A DNA stretch of 64,000 nt from a virus: the IMG/VR virus record IMGVR_UViG_3300038466_000014; one strand, 5' to 3'. The notes below the pieces were generated by a model, which did no database searches, was not told where the DNA came from, and saw only the letters and a list, made by a program, of their open reading frames with translations. The translations under genes and the position numbers were made by a program. Positions 61,639 through 64,000 of the stretch are shown here, piece after piece (the stretch's first letter is position 1; every line of letters starts with the position of its first letter).

Positions 61639-62208
61639 TTATACCCCGATCATCTTATAAAACTCCTGTACTTGTCTGATCTGAAAGAGCGCGTCACCAA
61701 ACGCGGAATGTTTTTGTTCTGTTCTTTTTAAATTTTTAATCTCCGGAATTATTTCAAGCGTCCTTACATCCATGGTTTTCTGCTGACACCAGGGGGGATT
61801 CTCCGTCGTGTTTTTATATGCGTGCTCCAATATTTTAAGATCAAACGATGGTGGTTTAGACCAAAAAATTTGTTCCAAAGACGGATTATCAAGACGAAAC
61901 GCATCGTAACATCTATATGTTTTAGCCCTAAGCATATTCAACGCATAATTTAGAGTTGTATGGTTCTCAGGTTTAAGTGTTTTCTCCATAAGTTCTCTAT
62001 CCTGATTTAACCACCATTTTAATGCGGATGAACTTATACTCCTAAATAACTGAACTGACCAATCAATATACGACTGATAAGCAAAATCCATCAATATTAC
62101 ATTTTTAGTAAAAGGTATCATCGCTATCTCAACAATCACAGCATCATTTTCCAGTCCAAGGGTTTCTATGTCAATCATAAAATTCAAGGTTTCGTTGTCA
62201 TTTGACAT
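61639..62208 (-). CDS. DEDDh 3'-5' exonuclease (DexA/Rv2179c-like)
   Basis: MIDIETLG, WW, SFDLKIL, DVRT, HSAFGDA. Confidence 0.85.
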   Translation of the reverse strand: MSNDNETLNFMIDIETLGLENDAVIVEIAMIPFTKNVILMDFAYQSYIDWSVQLFRSISSSALKWWLNQDRELMEKTLKPENHTTLNYALNMLRAKTYRCYDAFRLDNPSLEQIFWSKPPSFDLKILEHAYKNTTENPPWCQQKTMDVRTLEIIPEIKNLKRTEQKHSAFGDALFQIRQVQEFYKMIGV

Positions 62209-62959
62209 GTCGTTGTTTCTTTCCGTTTAAAAAGTCATTGTCGTTCATTTCACAGGCGGAATCCAAATATAAATCATTTATGTCTATAAACCCTTCGCCG
62301 TTCTTACACAACGGACAATCGGATTGTTTCCACGTCTGTTTATCTAAATAAATCAGACTATTACAATAATTAAACATTTCCCAGGATTCCGTACACACTG
62401 TAAAAATATCAAGGACATCAAAACCGTGGGAAAATATTAACTTTTTCAACCGATCCTTGGATATAAACATCTCATCCGGTTCTAAAATAACACAAACAGG
62501 AGTTTTAAGAAACCATCCTTTAATACATTCCCTGTTTGTAATCACATTTTGTTCCGGATCATAAATAAGGGCAACGGCCTTTTCCATACCAAGATATCCT
62601 CTTAAATAACCGCTAAATTCATATGCCAATACCACATTTCGTGAAACAACATAATCTATTTTTTTGCCGGGATATTTCATAGAAAATAATATAACAAATC
62701 TATAAATGATCTCACTTAAATACAGTGGGTATTGTAATATCTGACCAATCCTAAATACACAATTTGTATGTTCGCCGTTCGGCAGTTGTATATGTTCGTT
62801 TATAAAAGGTTTGGATTTCTCGATAATATCCGGTAGGATTTTAAAATGAGGTTCTAATCTAAAAAAATACTTTAAATGATTAGAAGATTGATTTGGGGGT
62901 TTCAATATTCCCTCCGGATATGTCATATTGTCATATAACCTTTCCGAGTCAATATCCAC
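62198..62959 (-). CDS. Degenerate phosphoribosyltransferase-like (PyrE-like) protein
   Basis: HIQLPNGEHT, LAYE, terminal DCPLCKNG; PRPP-binding motif not conserved. Confidence 0.5.
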   Translation of the reverse strand: MDIDSERLYDNMTYPEGILKPPNQSSNHLKYFFRLEPHFKILPDIIEKSKPFINEHIQLPNGEHTNCVFRIGQILQYPLYLSEIIYRFVILFSMKYPGKKIDYVVSRNVVLAYEFSGYLRGYLGMEKAVALIYDPEQNVITNRECIKGWFLKTPVCVILEPDEMFISKDRLKKLIFSHGFDVLDIFTVCTESWEMFNYCNSLIYLDKQTWKQSDCPLCKNGEGFIDINDLYLDSACEMNDNDFLNGKKQRHVK

Positions 62960-63246
62960 CGGCCACGATTTTCAATCAACCCCGCCCGCGCCCAGCGGCG
63001 CAACGTTGATATCGAAGCATTCTCAACCTGAGACAGTCGAAGTGTTTGTCCAGGCAAGATAGAAACATAGAGACCACCGTCTGTCTCGTTCATGTTTCTG
63101 GTAACTTTATACAATTTGGAACTTATTCGCATTAAAAATTTCCTTAAAAATAATTAGGGTTGATGTGGATTATATTATAACGGGCAGTTTAACGACATGC
63201 CCGCAAGGTCGTCCCATAGTTGTTAAGCCTGATCTTCCACCTTATT

Positions 63247-63260
63247 ATTTAATATATATA
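63247..63260 (-). promoter_or_regulatory. Class A promoter-like motif
   Basis: TATATATATTAAAT. Confidence 0.65.
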
Positions 63261-63283
63261 GTAATCATATACTTTTTATTATG

Positions 63284-63721
63284 TCACAATCTAATGGCTG
63301 TAATATCCGGATCTATATTGTCAATTATATCTGTCACTACATTCCAATCCCCGCCGCCCAGAGCACACCCCATCAGATACGGAATATATATATTAAATTC
63401 CGGGTAATTTTCATTGCGGTATTCTGTGACATTTAATATGCATTTTCTTACAGCGTCATAATCTGTATACTGTTTATCGGTTCCATATCTAAACTGTCCG
63501 CACAAATTAGCGACTATTAAATCATTATTTATTTTCGAATATATTACTTCTCCCAATTGTAGTTTTCCGTTATCGAACGCGCGTATGTAATCTCTGTACG
63601 CCAGCGGATATTTCTTACGCAGAGCCAGCGCCAACCCAGCACCCATTGCCCCGAGGCAATTTACCTGATGACAAATAATACCCTTTTCGATTCTTAAAAG
63701 ATTACCTTGAATTATTTTCAT
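63284..63721 (-). CDS. Macrodomain protein (ADP-ribose processing)
   Basis: IQGNLL, ICHQVNCLGAMGAGLA, MGCALGGGDW. Confidence 0.9.
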   Translation of the reverse strand: MKIIQGNLLRIEKGIICHQVNCLGAMGAGLALALRKKYPLAYRDYIRAFDNGKLQLGEVIYSKINNDLIVANLCGQFRYGTDKQYTDYDAVRKCILNVTEYRNENYPEFNIYIPYLMGCALGGGDWNVVTDIIDNIDPDITAIRL

Positions 63722-64000
63722 TTCTTCTCCGTATTTATTAACCGTTGTCTGTATTCTTTTGCTTTGTTTATATCAGAGTCCGTGTGTACAGAACCTCCAG
63801 TGTTCATAGCTATATACCAATCTACAACTTCAAGTTCTGTTTTCAATTTAGCAACATAAAAAGACAATGAATAATCTAACGGTATATTATCCGCATATTC
63901 ATTAAAATAACATCCAAATACTTTTAATTTGTTATTAAAGAAATCGTCTATCGCAGAGAGTCTTTGTTTCCCATCGACCAAAACCATTCGTCCTTTAAAA
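63718..64000 (-). CDS. DUF262 (ParB-like/GmrS) domain protein, 5' end outside window
   Basis: LVDGKQRL.AI...MNTGG. Confidence 0.8.
   Translation of the reverse strand, partial: FKGRMVLVDGKQRLSAIDDFFNNKLKVFGCYFNEYADNIPLDYSLSFYVAKLKTELEVVDWYIAMNTGGSVHTDSDINKAKEYRQRLINTEKK

Noticed and set aside
305-63407. Most short plus-strand ORFs in the ORF track
   Set aside because: Antisense shadows of minus-strand genes, without RBS or motifs; only tnpA, 40909-44076 and 60705-61247 are accepted on the plus strand.

Overview
AT-rich, densely coded, mostly minus-strand segment of a large (jumbo-type) tailed phage, probably a myophage of an anaerobic host. It encodes baseplate parts (gp5/VgrG-like spike, gp53-like wedge, PAAR), RecA/UvsX, PIN-PhoH, class III RNR (NrdD with a mini-intein, NrdG), a LigD 3'-phosphoesterase, an Hjc-like resolvase, a 5'-3' exonuclease, SSB, a glycosyltransferase cluster, mosaic tail-fibre-like genes and about 20 kb of small accessory genes. 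Main observations: (1) a family B DNA polymerase split into two genes in permuted order, with a family-4 uracil-DNA glycosylase fused to the large subunit and apparent non-AUG starts; (2) an IS605-type TnpA/TnpB element and a 147-bp non-autonomous copy, both inserted after AT(G/C)AA, whose right end supplies an SD plus in-frame ATG so the interrupted gene stays translatable, and whose TnpB lacks the RuvC-II segment; (3) two recurrent oriented promoter-like motifs; (4) many frameshift/nonsense lesions confined to accessory genes. All calls come from motif recognition by eye; no searches were run.
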